From assembly GCF_009914755.1 (NCBI RefSeq), contig NC_060927.1: a DNA stretch of 64,000 nucleotides; one strand, given 5' to 3'. Origin of the DNA: the human T2T-CHM13v2.0 reference genome, Homo sapiens. This document shows positions 13,689 to 27,969 of this stretch, piece after piece. The notes under the pieces were generated by a model. The model was not told where the DNA came from, did not search any database, and worked only from the letters and a program-made list of their open reading frames with translations. Positions within the stretch are counted from its first letter, which is position 1. Every line of letters starts with the position of its first letter. A program made the position numbers and the translations under genes.

Positions 13689-14085
13689 GCAAGTCTATTG
13701 ACACCATTTTTCCAATAGTATGTGCTCACTCTGTATGCCTGTGTCATACTTTGGTCATTCTTGCAATCTTTCATTTTTAAAAATTATTTGTATATCTGTT
13801 TTGGTGATTTGTGATCAGAGATCTTTGATGTTAGTATTGTAACTGTTTTGGTGTGCCATGAATTGCACCCATGTAAGATGGCTAACTTCACCCATACACG
13901 TGTGTGTTCTGACTGCTCCATCGACCCGCTGTTTCCCATCTCTCTCTCTCTCTCTCTCTCTCCGCCCCCCACTTCCCCCCACGACTTGGGTCTCCATATT
14001 CCCTGAGATACAATGTTGAAATTAGGCCAATTAGTGACCCTACAATGACCTGTAAGTGTTCAGATGAAAGAAGGAGCCACAAGTA
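13689..14085 (+). mobile_element. Tigger1 (TcMar-Tigger) 5' fragment, with an internal (CT)n expansion
   Basis: 'agcaagtctattgacaccatttttccaatagtatgtgctcac...gaaattaggccaattagtgaccctacaatgacc' follows the Tigger1 5' consensus up to the transposase start. Confidence 0.85.
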
Positions 14086-14089
14086 TGAC

Positions 14090-14428
14090 TGTACTTGCTC
14101 TTTCTTTTGCTCAGAGTGCTTTTGCTTTGGCTCTAGTTGGCATTCTCTCATCAATCAGCCCAAAGGCTGTCTCATGTAGGTCCTCCTTGGCTACCCAATT
14201 TAAAGTAACTCCTATACTCACTCTTTTTCACATTATTCCTCATAATACATTTTTAACATCTAAAATTATCTTGTTCATTTACTGTTTACTTCTACATTGT
14301 CTGTCGATCCTCAGTTAAGTTTCATAAAGGCAAAGAGCATGTCCTGTGTTGCACAGCACCGAGAATATGCCTGCCACAAAGTATGTGTCCCACAAATATT
14401 CTGTAATAAGTAAATGAATGAATGAAAT
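14090..14428 (+). mobile_element. L2 3' end
   Basis: Ends 'gcctgccacaaagtatgtgtcccacaaatattctgtaataagtaaatgaatgaatgaa', the canonical L2 tail. Confidence 0.75.
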
Positions 14429-15898
14429 AATTAATGAAGACTGGTCTTGATACATATTCTCCATGTTTCTAACAATATATAAACTGGATGATGCATTTCT
14501 CAATTCTTTAAATCAATTGACATGAAAATGAAAATAGGAGTTTAGTAACAGAAACCAGAATCAAAGCATAAGTTTGGACTTTGTACCTTACTTGGCTATA
14601 TGATGGCAAATATCTGAAACCACTATTTCATAACAGAAAGAAATATCTTTTAGGATTTATTATGAATCTCAATTTCAATTGGAAATAAACAGTATTGCAT
14701 GAACCAGCCATTCATTTACATGTAAAATTAAATTGCATGATTGAAATATTTTATATAAGAATTTAAGGGAAAAACACATGATGTCTGGAATGGATTATTA
14801 AATGATTTACAGAACTCACTGCAGAATTTAAATTTTTTTGTACTTAATCTGAAAAGGAACTAATTTTTTTATAATTCCTGAGATTATAGTGAAATCAAGA
14901 AAAAGTCAGAATGTTTAAGAAGAAAGTGGTACAGCTAGTGGGGTATTTGGCAGCAGAATATAATGAGATTTGTTTTATTGGTTTCAATTTGCAATGCTGT
15001 CTGAGTGCAAGTTATCATTGTCTTTTAAAATGCTTATTTATATGGTCAACACTAGCACTGAGCAAATGGGCTTTCGGGCTGGCTTGTTGTTCTACTTAGA
15101 GAAAATATAATTCAGGCTACAGCCATAGGAATAATTTATTTGCCAGGGTTAAGAAATTGCTCCAAGATATAGGGCCGTTGTACCAAATATTTAAGAGCAA
15201 GAATTCACTGCATTGTCTGCTTTTATAAAAGTTTTGCATTCGGAAAAACAGAGTCTAACTAGAGAAATCAAGTAGAATTAGCAATGGGAGCCAAAATATT
15301 TCTTCATTATGTTTTTCCTAAATGTCAAAAGTAGTCTTTAGAGAACTCCTGTGCATAAAGAACAAATTCTGCCATTTCTATAGTCAAGGCAATGAAGATA
15401 TAAAGTTTGGAATTCATGTTTTAGGGTCTGAACTCTCAAGATATTTCAGAATCTCTTAAAAAGCTTCTCCAAAGCTATTCAACTTAAGGTTAGAGCAAAA
15501 TTTTAAATTCTTTATAGTGATCTAAATCCATGAAATTATGGAAAAGATATATGAAAGAGTAAGTTAGAATGAGGATAATGATGATGAAGAGGAGTAGGAT
15601 AAGGACCTTAGAACTGTAGAAGGCAAAGGAAGGTATTATAGCAGTGAAGAAAAACAAGATGGGGTACTATCAGATGGCAGACATTTTGATAAATGACTCC
15701 ATGTCAAAATATGACAATAATATCATGGTCCTCTGTGACAACCTGAGTTAATTGATTAAAGAAAGAGATTACGAACTACAGAGAAGCCTCTCTTCCTCGC
15801 ATCACATACGCCCAGCTGCTACAGCAGGAGTTTTGACTGAAGTCAACAGAATGGCTTTCTTAGCAGTGAGATCTTTTAGAGAAATGCCCATTTAAACA

Positions 15899-16850
15899 AT
15901 TATTCATTCAATCAGGAAATATTTATTAATCTCTATGACCTAGGTATGGTGCTATGTGTTGCAGATAAAGTTATAAACACAACAGATAAGGACCCCTCCT
16001 TACAGATGAGATATGATTAATAGTAAACAAACTGAAAAAATATAAGGAATTATTATAGATCACATCAATGTCTAAAGGATATAAAAAGGTTGACGTAATA
16101 AACAGTAATTATTTACTCTGTCTGGAAAGATTCTGTCTGGAAAGACTCTTTTGAGGAGGTGATTGGAGGTTGTTTAAATGTAATACCAATAAAATGAGAA
16201 TGAGCCTACCATGCAGTGTATGAAAGAGAGAGAAAAAAATTCCTGTATCAAGCAGAAAAAAATAGTATGTTCAATTAAGAGTGACCTGTATCTTTAAGGA
16301 ACAGAAAAACAACAAAAGGTCCAAGTGGCTGAAATCTGGTCAAGAAAGCACAATAGTATGAAATGAGGTTGAAAAGGAAGCAGATTAGAAAAATCAAATC
16401 AATAGTGTTTGGATTTTATTCTACCTTCAGTGAGACTTTCCAATGAAAAGAGTGCTATAATGTGGTTTATACATTTAAAACATCACTCTGGCACCTATAT
16501 GGAGATAGATGAATGAATATGAAGGCAGGGAGACCAGATAGAAGAGAATTACAGAGAACCAGAAAACATGGCATTGGCTTGCATCAAGAAGGCAGCTGTG
16601 TAGATGAAATGACATAAGACACAGAAATACATCAGATATGAGTAGGACTTCCTGATAAATTATACAGAGTTAGAGAAGGGAAATATTCAAGGTTACAGAA
16701 AGAAAATGATCAAGGATAAAAAGCAAGCTTGAGTAACAATGTAATTATCTGAGATGGAAAAGATTGAGGTAGGAAAAAATTTCTTATTTTGAAAGGTGTG
16801 GAGAAAGAAGACTAAAGCTTTCCATATAGATTCTTTAGGATTTTGAGATT
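15899..16850 (-). mobile_element. L2 3' region
   Basis: Begins 'ttattcattcaatcaggaaatatttatt...ctaggtatggtgctatg' (reverse L2 tail) and continues with L2 motifs. Confidence 0.7.
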
Positions 16851-16922
16851 GATAGTTACTGTGGAATAAGTGTTTGTGTCTCCCAAAATTTATTTGTTGA
16901 AAATCTATTCCACAGTGTGAGG

Positions 16923-19153
16923 TGTATTAGTCAGTTTCCATGCTGCTGACAAAGACATACTGGAGACAAGGCAATTTACAAAAGAAAGAGGTTTAATGGA
17001 CTTACAGTTCCACGTGGCTGGGGAGGCCTCACAATCATGGCAGAAGGTGAAAGGCACATCTCACATGGCAGCAGACAAGAGAAGAGAGCCTGTGCAGGGA
17101 AACTCCCACTTATAAAACCTTTACATCTTGTAAGACTTATTCACTGTCATAAGAACAGCATGGAATAGACCTGCTCCCATAATTCAATTACCTCCCACAT
17201 GCTCCCTCTCACAACATATAGGAATTCAAGATGAGATCTGGGTGGGGACAGAGCCAAACCATATCATTCTGCCCCTGGCCCCTACCAAACCTCATGTCCT
17301 CACATTTCAAAACCAATCATGCCTTCCCAACAGTCCCCCAAAGTCTTAACTCATTTCAACATTAACTCAAAAGCTCACAGTCCAAAGTCTCATCTGAGAG
17401 AAGGCAAGTCCCTTCTGCCTATGAGCCTGTAAAATCAAAAGCAAGTTAGTTACTTCCTAGATACAATGTGGGCACAGGCATTGGGTAAATACACCCATTC
17501 CAAATGGGAGAAATTGTCCAAATGAAGGGGCTACAGGCCCATGCAAGTCCCAAATCCAATACGGCAGTCAAATCTTAAAGCTCTAAAATGATCTCCTTTG
17601 ACTCCATGTCTCACATCCAGGTCATGCTGATGCAAGGGGTGGGTTCCCATGGTCTTGGGCGGCTCTGCCCCTGTGCCTTTGCGGGGTACAGTCCCCTTCC
17701 TGGCTGCTTTCTTGGGCTGGCATTGAGTGTCTGCGACTTTTCCAGGTGCACGGTGCAAGCTGTCTGTGGATCTATCATTCTGGGGTCTGGACTAGGCAGT
17801 GCCCCAGGAGGGATTTTGTGTGGAGGTCCAATCCCACATTTCCTTTCTGCACTACCCTAGCAGAGGTTCTCCATGAGTGTCCTGCCCCTGCAGCAAACTT
17901 TTGCCTGGGCATCCAGGCATTTTTATACATCTTCTGAAATCTAGGCAGAGGTTCCCAAACCCCAGTTCTTGACTTCTGTGCACTCACAAACTCACCACCA
18001 TGTGTAAGCTGCCAAGCCTTGAGGCTTGCGCCCTCTGAAGTCACAGTCCAAGCTCTACGTTTGCCCCTTTCAGCGATGGCTGGAGTGGCTGGGATGCAGG
18101 GCACCAAGTCCCTAGGCTGCACACAGCATGGGTACCCTGGGCCCGACCCATGAAACAATTTTTTCCTCCTAGGCCTCTGGGCCTGTGATGGGAGAGGCTG
18201 TCACAAAAGTCTCTGATATGCCCTGGAGATATTTTTCCCCATGTGTCTTGGTTATTAACATTTGTATCCTTGTTACTTTTGCAAATTTCTGCAGCTGGCT
18301 TGAATTTCTCCTCAGCAAATGGAATTTTCTTTTCTATCTCATTGTCAGGCTGCAAATTTTCTGAACTTTTGTGTTCTGTTTCCCTTTTAAAATTGAACAC
18401 CTTTAACAGCACCCAAGTCACCTCTTGAGTGTTTTGCTGCTTAGAAATTTCTTCTTACAGACACCCTAAATCATCTTTCTCAAGTTCAAAGTTCCACAAA
18501 TCTCTAGGGCAAGGACAAAATGCTGCCAGTCTCTTTGCTAAAACATAACAAGAGCCACCTTTGCTCCAGTTCCCAACAAGTTCCTCATCTCCACCTAAGA
18601 CCACCTCAGCCTGGATTTCATTGTCCATCAGCATTTTTGTCAAAGCCATTCAACAAGTCTCTAGGGAGTTCCAAATTTTCCCACATTTTTCTGTCTTCTG
18701 CGCCCTCCAAACTGTTCCAAACTCTGCCTGTTACCCAGTTCCAAAGTCGCTTCCACATTTTCGGGTGTCTTTTCAGCACTCCACACTCTACTGCTGCCAA
18801 TTTACTGTATTACTTTGTTTCCACGCTGCTGATAAAGACATACCGGAGACTGAGCTATTTACAAAAGAAAGAGTTCTAATGGACTTACAGTTCCACGTGG
18901 CTGGGGAGGCCTCACAAACATGGTGGAAGGTGAAAGGCACATCTCACATGGTGGCAGACAAGAGGGGAGAGCTTGTGCAGGAAAACTCCCCCTTAAAAAA
19001 CCAACCATCAGATCTCGTGAGACTTATTCACTATCATGAGAACAGCATGGGGAAGACCTGCTCCCGAGGTTCAATTACCTCCTACTGGGTCTCTCTCACA
19101 ATGTGTGGGAATTCAAGATGAGATTTGGATGGGGACACAGCCAAACCATATCA
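16923..19153 (-). mobile_element. Full-length THE1 (THE1A/B-like) MaLR element: LTR 16923-17266, internal 17267-18805, LTR 18806-19153
   Basis: Two colinear LTRs (tgtatta...ccaaaccatatca) flank about 1.54 kb of typical THE1-int; perfect 5-bp TSD tgagg at 16918-16922 and 19154-19158. Confidence 0.95.
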
Positions 19154-19308
19154 TGAGGGTATTTGGAGGTGGGTCATTTGAAAGGTAATTAGAGTTAGAT
19201 AGCTTATTAGGGTGAAGCCCACATGATGGTCTTAGTGACCTTAGTAGGAGTTGGAGGGATCAGAGCTTTCCTTCTCCCTCGTGTGAGGACACAGCAAGAA
19301 GACAACTA

Positions 19309-20453
19309 CAGTCATTCATTGCTTAATGATGAAGATACAGTCAGATAAATGTGCCTTAGGTAATTTTGTTGTTATGTTAACATCATAGAATGTACTTACA
19401 CAAACTGAGATGCTACAGCCTACTATACACCTAGGCTATATGGTATAGCCTCTTGCTCCTAGGCTGCAAAGATTTGTACAGCATGTTAGTGTGCTGAATA
19501 CTGTAGGCAATTGTAACAGAATGGTAAGTATTTGTGTATCTAAACATGTCCAAACATAAAAATGGTAGAGTAAGAATACAGCATAAAAGATATAAAATGG
19601 TACACTTGTATATGGCTGTTACCATAAATTGAACTTGCAGAACTGGAACTTGTTCTGGGTGAGTCAGTGAGTGAATGGGGAATGAATGTACCCTACCGTA
19701 GACTATAAATACTGTACATACATGCTACACTAAATTTATTTAAATTTTTTTTCTTTAATAATAAATTAACAGATTACTGTTTTTACCTTATAAAATTTTT
19801 ATTTTTTAATGTTCTAGCTTTTTGGTAATAACACAGCTTAAAATACCCACATATTATACAACTTTACAAAAACGTTCTCCTTATTTCCTTATTCTTCCAT
19901 CAAATTTTTTCCTTTTTTTTTTTTTTTTTTTAGTATACTTTTGAAACTTTTTTGTTAAAGCTAAGACACAAACACACACATTAGCCTTAGCCTACATAGG
20001 ATCAGGATCATCGATATCACTGTCATCCTCGTCCACATCACGTTGTACTGGAGCAATAACACCCATGGAGCTGTCACCCACTCTGATAACAAAGCCTTTC
20101 TCTGGAACACTTCCTGAAGGATTTTTATATAAGTAGAAGGAACACATTTTAAAATAACAATACAGAGTATAGTATAGTATAGTAAATACATACATCAATA
20201 ACAGAATTGTTTATTATCATTATCAAGTATATACTGTACATAATTGTATGTCATATATTTTTACATGACCAGCAGTGCAGTAGGTTTGTTTACACCAGCT
20301 TCACTACAAACACATGAGTAAGGCATTGTGATGTTAGGACAGCTACAATTCACTAGATGATAGGAATTTTTTAGCTCCATTATAATCCTTTGGGGCCATC
20401 ATTGTATATGTGGTTTATCATTGACTGAAATATCATATTGCAGCACATGACTG
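19309..20453. mobile_element. Tigger3b (GOLEM/MER7B-like) non-autonomous DNA transposon, near complete
   Basis: Terminal inverted repeats cagtcat.../...atgactg, TA duplication at 19307-19308 and 20454-20455, and the diagnostic 'cacctaggctatatggtatagcc' palindrome. Confidence 0.9.
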
Positions 20454-20594
20454 TATCTGCTAGCCAGGAAACAGGCTCTCACCAGAACCTGACCATATCA
20501 GCACCCTGATTTTGGACTTGCCAACCTCCAGAACTCTGAGAAATAAACTTCTGCTATTTAAGCCACTCAGTGTATGATAGCCCAAAATGATTAA

Positions 20595-20955
<361 letters not shown>

Positions 20956-21849
20956 TATTTTTTCATTTTCTAAACTAATAGAACCTTAATTTTTAGCTAT
21001 GTATATGGCCACCTGTAGAAAAATTACGTCTCCCCAACTCACTGACAGACATGACCATGTGACTTTGAATGCAAGCATAAATGAAGGAGTCCAACTCTAA
21101 GAACTACCTTAAATGGAAGGAATATGCTCCTCTGATTATTTTGTTCCTCTTCTTCTAATTTGGGCCATGATTGACTAATGACTGACAGATTCACTGACAG
21201 TTCATCCATCAAGAACAGGGGTCTATTTCCCCTTTTTTTGTATCTGTGCTAAATCTAATGAACTCCTAAAGTAATGCTGGTTATTCTGGCTCTTTGATCA
21301 CACTTAGAGCAGCAAGGATGTAATGGTCATCATTATCATTCTTGATGACTTTTGAAAGGGGAATTTGGTTAGTGTGACAGGTAGTAATTAATACTGAAAT
21401 GGACTGCAGAGTGAAATGGAAGGTAAGGAAGTATCAATAAATCATAAATCCTCTCTCTGAGTTTTACAATGAATACTGGGAATGAAATGCTAAGCTACCC
21501 AGAAGGAGATATGGGATAATGGAGGTGGTTTTTGATATGAGACATGGTGGAAACTGCTTTTATCTTAAGTCAAATAATTCAATTTAGAACCATGTAGATA
21601 GAAAAATCAGAATGAAATGGAAGAAACAAAGTCTTAGAGGAAATTGGCAGTTGAGGGAGGCATGTAGTTCAATATGGCCTGGCACAGAGTATGAATGATG
21701 GAATGATAGGAGAAACCTTATCATCCTCAACAACCCCTGTCCTCTGTGCACTCACTTTTCTTTTTGTATACCGTTCTATGTTGTTACTTACCCAGTCCGG
21801 AGATGAGATATTTCATTCTTTTAAAACATCATTTTTCTGCCTAAGAATG

Positions 21850-23505
21850 TATTGTTAAATGAAAAAAAAAACAAAGGGCAAAAATGATAGGTGACTGGGT
21901 TGGTTGATGGATAGATAGATAGAAAAGAAGGGTAAATAATAGCAACTGCCCCTACGAGAATAATAAAGCAGAAAACTGAAATTATTACTGATAGGGTATG
22001 AGGAAGAAGAGGGAAAAAAAAGGAAAGTGACGCTGTTCCGAAGGTATCTTTTTACATAGTTTTAACTCTTGGAAGCATGTTAACGTTTTACATATTCAAA
22101 AATTAAATATAATTCTAAACAATGAGAAGAAACAAGAATTAAATTGGAAACAAACAAACCCAACTTTGTCTCAAAAGGATTATATAGTTACAACAAAAAA
22201 TAAAAGCAAAGCCAAGGCAAATTAAAGACAGTTGAATCAAAGCAACTTTTGAACATGGTATATATCCTAAGCTCTGGAGTGAGATGTGGGGATTGAGGGA
22301 GGAATGCAATGATGAAATCTTTTAGTAGATTTTTTTGTACTGGCACAGATGAAGCAATCCTCAAATTATGATAGGTGATTTGTAGGACTGACCAAGTAAA
22401 TGTATTGATATTGGTGGAATCCAGGCTTCTTACTATGGTTTAAGCAAAATGTAAATATGGTATGAGGTGAGGGGAGAGAATAAAGAACCATGTTGGCGTG
22501 GATTGCAGTTGGAAATATCAATATGTGTTTATGTTGTAAACACTAGTTCTGTCTACTGCCAAGATAAAGAACAAAGGAACTCCAGAGGCAATGAGCATGT
22601 CTAGGACCCACATACCTCTACATTTTCCACAACCAAATAACAGCTATCCTCAGGGAATTTCCAATTCATATTCTAGAACAGGGTGTATTAAGATGAGTAT
22701 GGAATAATTTGTTATACCAGAAACTTGAAATGTGACTAAAAAAAAATTATGGAGCCCTGTTAAAAGGGCACTTCCATCATCTTGAAGGTACACCCATTAG
22801 CCAAGACTAGAACAAGATGATGAAGCAGAGAGGGTAATGAACTACAAACCACTGGAGAAAAACTAGAATTGAGTGAGTCCATAAATATAATCAATCAATC
22901 AATAAGTAAATAAAGAAAAGAAGGAGAAAGGAGAGCTGTTCCTTAAGGTAGAATGCTAATCAATAAAGGCTGAGAAAATCCAGAAGTTAGAAAATCATTA
23001 TATGAAAGTCATCAAATTTTTTTTCAGTGAAATATGGAGGGGCATTTTGATGAGAAGAGGATTTTGCACGGCCTTACAGGGTCTCTCCGCAGATCGCTTA
23101 TAACATGCAAAAAGAAATATGGTAACTCTATAGCAGAGAAACCAGAAATCCCATTATCTGCTGATGCAAATTGACATTGACATTGAGGAATAGAATGATA
23201 TTGTGAACCTCCTAATGACACCCTGAGGAGGACACAATATCTCCTAGATAGAATTCATATCCAGCATACATGCTCTGAACCTAAACATGAGAAAAGTTCC
23301 AATAAACCCACTAAAACACACTACTGAAAAGAGACAGGAGGGTTTGTATGCTTCAAAATTTACTACCAGGCTGAGCACAGTGGCTCATGTCTGTAATCTC
23401 AACACTATGAGAAGCTGAGGTGGAAGGATCACTTGTACCCAGGAGTTTGAGACTAGCCTGGGCAACATAGTGAGATGAGAACCCATCTCTACCTGCCCCC
23501 AGCAA

Positions 23506-23537
<32 letters not shown>

Positions 23538-24150
23538 ATAGCCAGATGTAGTGGCAGGTGCCTGTTGTCTGAGCTACTCAGGAGGCTGAGGTGAGAGGAG
23601 TGCCTGAGCCAAGGAGATTGAGGCTGCAGTGGGCCATGATCATGCCACTGCACAGCTGTCTGGGTGACAGAGTGACACCCTGTCTCTAGACAAAGAAATG
23701 AACAAAAAGAAACTGTCACAAAAGACAAAGTATGTCTGAGATAATGTTCCAGATCAAAGAACATGACAACGAAATGCAATATGTGATTTTGGACTGTATC
23801 TTGGACTACAGGAAGGAAAGCTATAAAGAGCATTACTGACAAAGGTGAAGCATGCCTGGTAGATTACATAAAGATTATGCCAATTATAAATTTCCAAGTT
23901 TTTAACTATACAGTGGTTATGAAAGCATATTCTTGTTCTTAGGAAATACACTGTGAAGCATGTAAGAGTAAAGCATTAAGAAAAAATGTGCAGATATACA
24001 GACATATAGATGCACACAATGATAAAGAAAATGAGGCAGAATGTTAACAATTTACAAATTTACAAATCTGGATAAAGGATACACAAGAGCTCTTTGTACA
24101 ATATTGCAGCTTCTCTATGGGCTTGGAATTATTTCCAAGAAAACAGTAAG
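21850..24150 (+). mobile_element. Old L1 3' UTR (L1MC-like), interrupted by AluJ
   Basis: 'aaatgcaatatgtgattttggactgtatcttggac', 'cttgttcttaggaaatacac' and 'aatctggataaaggatacac...tacaatattgcagcttctctatgggcttggaattatttcc' are typical L1MC/L1ME 3' UTR motifs. Confidence 0.7.
23369..23710 (+). mobile_element. AluJ (Jo/Jr-like) with an expanded central A-tract
   Basis: 'ggctgagcacagtggctcatgtctgtaatc', 'ggatcacttgtacccaggagtttgag', 'gaggctgcagtgggccatgatcatgcc'; A-run of about 30 nt at 23506-23537. Confidence 0.9.
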
Positions 24151-25679
24151 TAATACAGCATCACTTTCTAGAAATAGGGGTTTTGTCACGTACTTCACAA
24201 TAGACATCCAAACACTTGTGAAGTGGCTATATGAATGAGTTTAAAAAGTGTATACTGCACCCCAATGGCAATGCTTTTTCTCTGTTTCTAAATGTACCAT
24301 CTTCATATGTTCAAAATGTAACATGATTTCATCAAAGAACAAGAAAGTAGACTGATATGCAAAAATGCAAGACAGAAAATAGAAAATAATACCAACCAAA
24401 AGGAAAATATTTTTGAGAAGGCTAGTAGATATGTGCTACAGGTTAGAAAAGCATGTATCAAAATTACTGTGACATTTTTCAATGTTTCTCAAGCATCATG
24501 CCTAGCTTAATTATTTAAAAGCTTAAAATATGTAAGTTTAACTCTTCAGAAGCTGTCACTCTCAGTCTCAGCTTGTCTTGACCCTAATATATCAAATTTA
24601 CCAATGAAAGCAGATTTTATACTGTTTTCTCAAACCAGGAAACCTGCTATAAACTTCAAGAGACATAAAGTTTTGCAACCATACTTGTGTCAAAGATAAT
24701 AAGAATATTGAAGCATTCTTATTGATTACTAAATTCAGCTTATGGGTAGTTGAAAATTGATATCCATTACGAAGGGAAATTATAAAGAAATAAACATTCA
24801 CTGGTATATCATTATTCTTCTATTATTGTAGTTGCATTGCTCATATAAAGAATGTAACAATATTTAAAGGCCCTTATTTTGAAAATTTTCTTTCTTTCTC
24901 ATATCGTTCTCCCTCTACTCTGAAAATGAGTTCTGGTACATCATCTGCTTTCAAGTGTGAATAAATATATATTTAATTACTTTTTTTTAAAAAAAATGCC
25001 TACTTTATTGCAATTATGTTCTCAATAATTATGTATTACAAATGAGACAGATTGATCTTCATTGGTATATGATGTTTTTGGAAATTATGCTGAATGTGAA
25101 TTAGATAGTCAGCACTTTGTAATGTATAGAAGACAAACTCTTCTTAAAAGTTTTGAGATTATTTTCTTGCATTTTGCTATGGTTTTGCTGCTTTTGCCTT
25201 ATATCTTGAAATGAGAGGTTAGGCCAACAACTAGACAGGTTTTGCATATTTTAAATGATGATGTTTTGCCTCGAGGTTGTTTCACGCTAGCTGTTCATGG
25301 AACCTTTGAGGATTTAAACATTAAAAGAAGGGGAAAGTGCCAATTCTAATTTTATGCACTACCTTATTCTGTTAATTTGAAAAATGTTGGGTTGTCTTAG
25401 TTGGAAAAGGCTAATCTCAGGGGTCTGGCTCATAAAACCTGTGCAAACACAGATGACTAATTTGGGTAGTGAAGACAAAAAAAAAGCACATAAACAAATA
25501 CATATGGTTGAAGGAAGTTAAAGAAAATTCTTCGGAATATTAGACATAAATATTTAACAAAACAAATTTAAATACACCATAAAAACTTAGCCCAAAGCAG
25601 CGCATAATAGAATAATACTGTGACATTGTCAGTTCTATTGATGTTTATGTGGGAGGTGCAGGAACTACAATTTATTAAG

Positions 25680-26171
25680 AGTAGGGAAGAAAAGATACTA
25701 TCTTTTCCCACCCACTGCAAGGTTCATGGGCTGACAACCCTAGAACAAAAGACAGATTAAAAATAGAAAAATATAACAAATTCATTTAGCTAAGGTTTTA
25801 ACTGACATGGGAGCCTTCGGAAATGAAGAACAAAAGAAACAGGAAAAAAATCATGCTTAGATTCAATGAAGAATGGACAGTCATGTAGTATAATTGGGCA
25901 AAAGTAGTATATGCTCTAATGGCAATAAACTCAGGATGAACCCAGTGAGGCATGCCTGTTCAAATTCTTCTTGGTCTCCACATATAGAGCAAGACACCTG
26001 TCACATGAGAATCTTTTGACCTATTTTCATGGGAGAGAGGTCACATAATTTCTCTATAGCCAGCTTTCATACAGAAAGTCAGAAAAAGATTGGAGAGTAA
26101 CCTTTCTGCTTCTGCTGTTTTCTCAATTTCCAAGATGCCATATTTTGGGGTAGTGTGTCTGAGCTCCAACA
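25680..26171 (-). mobile_element. ERV1 (MER4-group) solo LTR, LTR54-like
   Basis: The reverse complement begins tgttggagctcagacacactaccccaaaatatggcatcttgg...gagaaaacagcagaagcag, typical of this LTR group; subfamily is tentative. Confidence 0.65.
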
Positions 26172-26195
26172 TAAACATCTATGTTATTCTATAAC

Positions 26196-26559
26196 TGATA
26201 TGGTTGGGTCATGTCCCCACCCAAATCTCATCTTTAATTGTAGCTCCCATAATCCTGACATGTCATGGGAGGGACCTGGTGAGAGGTAATTGAATCATGG
26301 GGATGGGTTTTACCCATGCTGTTATTGTGATAATGAATAAGTATCACAATATCTGATGTTTGTCTACAGGGCAGTTCCCCTGCACATGTTCTCTTGCCTG
26401 CCTCCACGTAAGACGTGGCTTTGCTCTTCCTTTGCCTTCTACCATGATTTTTTGGTCTCCCCAGCCACATGGAACTGTGAGTCCATTAAAACTCTTTTTC
26501 TTTATAAGTTATCCAGTCTTGGGTATTTCTTCATAGCAGTATAAAATTGGACTAATACA
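26196..26559 (+). mobile_element. THE1C/D solo LTR
   Basis: tgatatggtt...ggactaataca; TSD ataac/gtaac (4 of 5 match). Confidence 0.9.
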
Positions 26560-26599
26560 GTAACAATGACAAAATTATAGATAGACTGGTTTCTTTATT

Positions 26600-26715
26600 T
26601 CTCACAAGCAAACTATGAGCTATTTTTTTTTTCTTATTTTATACATGAAGAAATTTCATTCTAGGAATTGAATTAATGTATGAGCTCACACAGCTCAGAA
26701 ATGGCAAAACTATGA
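26600..26715 (-). mobile_element. MIR fragment
   Basis: 'attttatacatgaagaaa...gctcacacagctcagaaatggcaaaac' resembles the reverse MIR core. Confidence 0.55.
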
Positions 26716-27634
26716 TGTACAATTTTGTTCAATTCCTCAGAAGAGATAAATTATAGAGTTGTATGTGAACAACGTTAATCTTAACTGATTAAGTGGCAAT
26801 GTTTACTATGGCTGGATGAGAGTCATGGAACTTGCTGTTGTTTTACTTTTGACTTTGGAGTATTGAGAAAACTGAAGCTCGGTTCTATGCATGGTTGTGA
26901 CTCTCTAAGCCCAGATGAACCACTGAACTCTGTGTCCCAACATCACCGTTTGCAAAACCAGAGTATGAATTAATCTCTATCTACCTTCACATTCCATGCA
27001 CATTAAGCTGACTTCTTACTCTGTAGCTTATATGGGATTCCCTCTCAGAGACAAAGAGTGGCAGAAGCAATCTAGGAGCTGGAGTCATATGAGGAAATGC
27101 GTATCACTTGCTCACAGACTGCTGTGAGTAAAGTTCAGGATGGGTCACCTGGAAGTAGGAAACTTGTTAGCAGCTGAAATAATCATCCCATCTAATGAAT
27201 CATCTACCTAAAGGGATGAGGCATTCAGAAATAATTCACGTACAAATATAGAAACAGAGATTGCGTGTCATTAAAAACAAAGAGGCTGGGAGCAGAGGGC
27301 AGCAAATATTAACCCATACAATTACTTGAGCAAAGTAGTAGGTAGATGGAGCAATGAGATTAATGGAGAAGGAGGCTGAAGAAGGAGGCCCAGACCTGGC
27401 TTGTAGTATTCCTTTTGCTGTATGATTATTACTACTACTTGTTGTAGGTTGAATTGTGTCCCCCCAAAAATATATGTTCAGGTTCTAACCTTCAGTACTT
27501 GTGAGTGTGATCTTACTTAGAAATAGGGTCCTTGCACATGTCATTAAGTTGAGATCATACTGGATTAGGGCAGAACAAACTAAAAATGGACAGTGGAACA
27601 GAACAGAGATCCCAGAAATAAATCCAAATATATA

Positions 27635-27969
27635 AGTAGTCCCCCTCTTACGTAGAAAGAATATGTTCCCAATCACGAGTGGATGCCTAAAACTGCAAAT
27701 AGTACCAAATTCTATAATACTGTTTTCTCCTATACAAGTATACCGATTTAAAAAGTTTAATTTATTAATTAAACACAGCAAGAGATTAACAAAAATAACT
27801 AATAAGATAGAACAATTATAATAATATACTGTAATAAAAGGTATGTGAATGTAGTTTCTCTCTTTCTCAAAATACTTTATTAAATTGTACTGGCCTATTT
27901 TCAGACCACATTTGTCTGCAGATAAATGCAACTGCAGAAAGCAAAATTGCAGATAAGGGTGGACTACCG
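27635..27969. mobile_element. MER44A (Tigger7-derived MITE) nested in L1
   Basis: Ends 'agtagtccccctctta...' and '...gataagggtggactaccg' form decayed TIRs; about 335 bp; L1 sequence is continuous across the site. Confidence 0.8.

Noticed and set aside
17531-19121. Cluster of overlapping ORFs up to 186 aa
   Set aside because: All lie within THE1 internal and LTR sequence; these are common chance or decayed MaLR frames, not a host gene.
25250-25400. C-box-like ATGATGA suggesting a C/D snoRNA
   Set aside because: No suitably placed D box (CTGA) or terminal stem.
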